Part shown: piece by piece, positions 63,066-64,000 of the stretch
Numbering within the stretch: position 1 is the stretch's first letter
How the letters are laid out: every line of letters begins with the position of its first letter
NCBI GenBank assembly: GCA_030390025.1
Contig: CM059431.1
Span: 126,172,001-126,236,000, forward strand
Direction of reading: 5' to 3'
Origin: Squalus acanthias
Lineage: Eukaryota
Length of the DNA: 64,000 bases
Made by a program: the position numbers and the translations under genes
The notes under the pieces: generated by a model
Told to the model about the DNA's origin: nothing
Database searches by the model: none
Seen by the model: the letters and a program-made list of their open reading frames with translations, nothing else

Positions 63066-64000
63066 CTGTAAATGTTCCATTTGGAGCTATGCGCGTGCTG
63101 TCCAATATCAAATTACACAACAATGTAACTCAGGGGTATAGTAATAGAAACGCATAATGAACTGAAGTGGTGTTGTGTTTTTCACATCCACCCTAATGTG
63201 GGTTTCTCCAATCTTTGGGAAGATGAACTGAGAAACATCAGTTAAGATGAGACCATATATGAATCATTAAGCTGCTTTATTTCACAGACACCAAGTAAAT
63301 ATACAGAGGTACAATGAAAGCAATTTCCATTTACTCAATCTCACTCCTCTCCTTGAAAACATGGGAAAAGATAATAAGCCACACATTCTGTCGCTTTCAT
63401 GGGCTCACTTATTTTTGAAATTACCTTGCTTTCAGACTACTTCTAATTGCCAGAAATGATCTTCTGCATGTTTAGCTTCCAGCTCCAGGCCAAAGTCTGC
63501 AACTCACAATCCTCTGTTGAAAAACTGACTACTCACGTGTTCCTTTGTTCCTTTTCTCCAATAATTAGAGGGGTGGTGTTTAATACCTTACCATGCGGGG
63601 GTCACCAGCAGGCCTATCAACCAAATAAACTACCCTCTGTCCCAAGCGTACATCATCCGCAGACACCTCATGTTGTGTTTATGTGAATAAAATCATCCTC
63701 ATAACAATGGGTGTTTGACCATCTGAGTCTAGACAACAAATTGCTTAATAACCCTTCGTCATCTTGGCTACTGGGCCTGGAATGAGTAAATAGATCCTTA
63801 TCTATTAGTTTGTAAAAGGCTGTAAATTGTGATGCCGCAAAACTAGCTCATCTGGCTTTAATGCACATTCTCTAATGCTGGCAGACATTGGACTTTCATA
63901 GACACTACCAGAGGATGAGCTTAAAAAGAATATTAATACAGTTGGAATAGAAAGGGAGAAAATAATTGACAAACTAGCAAAACTAAAAGAGGATAAGATC

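Noticed and set aside
63425..63520. Additional host exon
   Set aside because: Splice-like signals are present, but every frame I tried contains a stop.
1..64000. CRISPR array or prokaryotic system
   Set aside because: There is no repeat-spacer array, and the content is vertebrate transposable elements.

Overview
This window is eukaryotic and almost entirely made of transposable elements. The repeat set (CR1 LINEs, Deu-domain tRNA-SINEs, Penelope-like elements, Harbinger transposons) suggests a cartilaginous fish; this is an inference. The main content is two related endogenous retrovirus-like proviruses plus three solo LTRs, all with TG...CA ends and 4-bp TSDs. Provirus B (46885-59734, +) is very young: its 1.7-kb LTRs are almost identical. 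It has a tRNA-Arg PBS that overlaps the gag ATG, and gag and pol are in one frame separated by a UGA-CUAG readthrough-type stop. Its Pol has PR, RT (YVDD), a degenerate tether, an active RNase H, IN and a long disordered tail. Its Env is not a classical retroviral SU/TM: it has a signal peptide, an Ig-like domain, a furin site, and a paramyxo/pneumo/baculovirus-F-like fusion region. Overall it looks lokiretrovirus-like. Provirus A (32751-40700, -) has homologous genes but unrelated ~0.98-kb LTRs and a different tRNA-Arg PBS, and its pol is shrunk by three frame-preserving deletions. Also present are a perfect 176-bp palindrome made of a Penelope terminus with a hammerhead-like core, multi-level nested insertions, and two weak candidate host exons. 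All family assignments are by motif recognition only; no searches were run.
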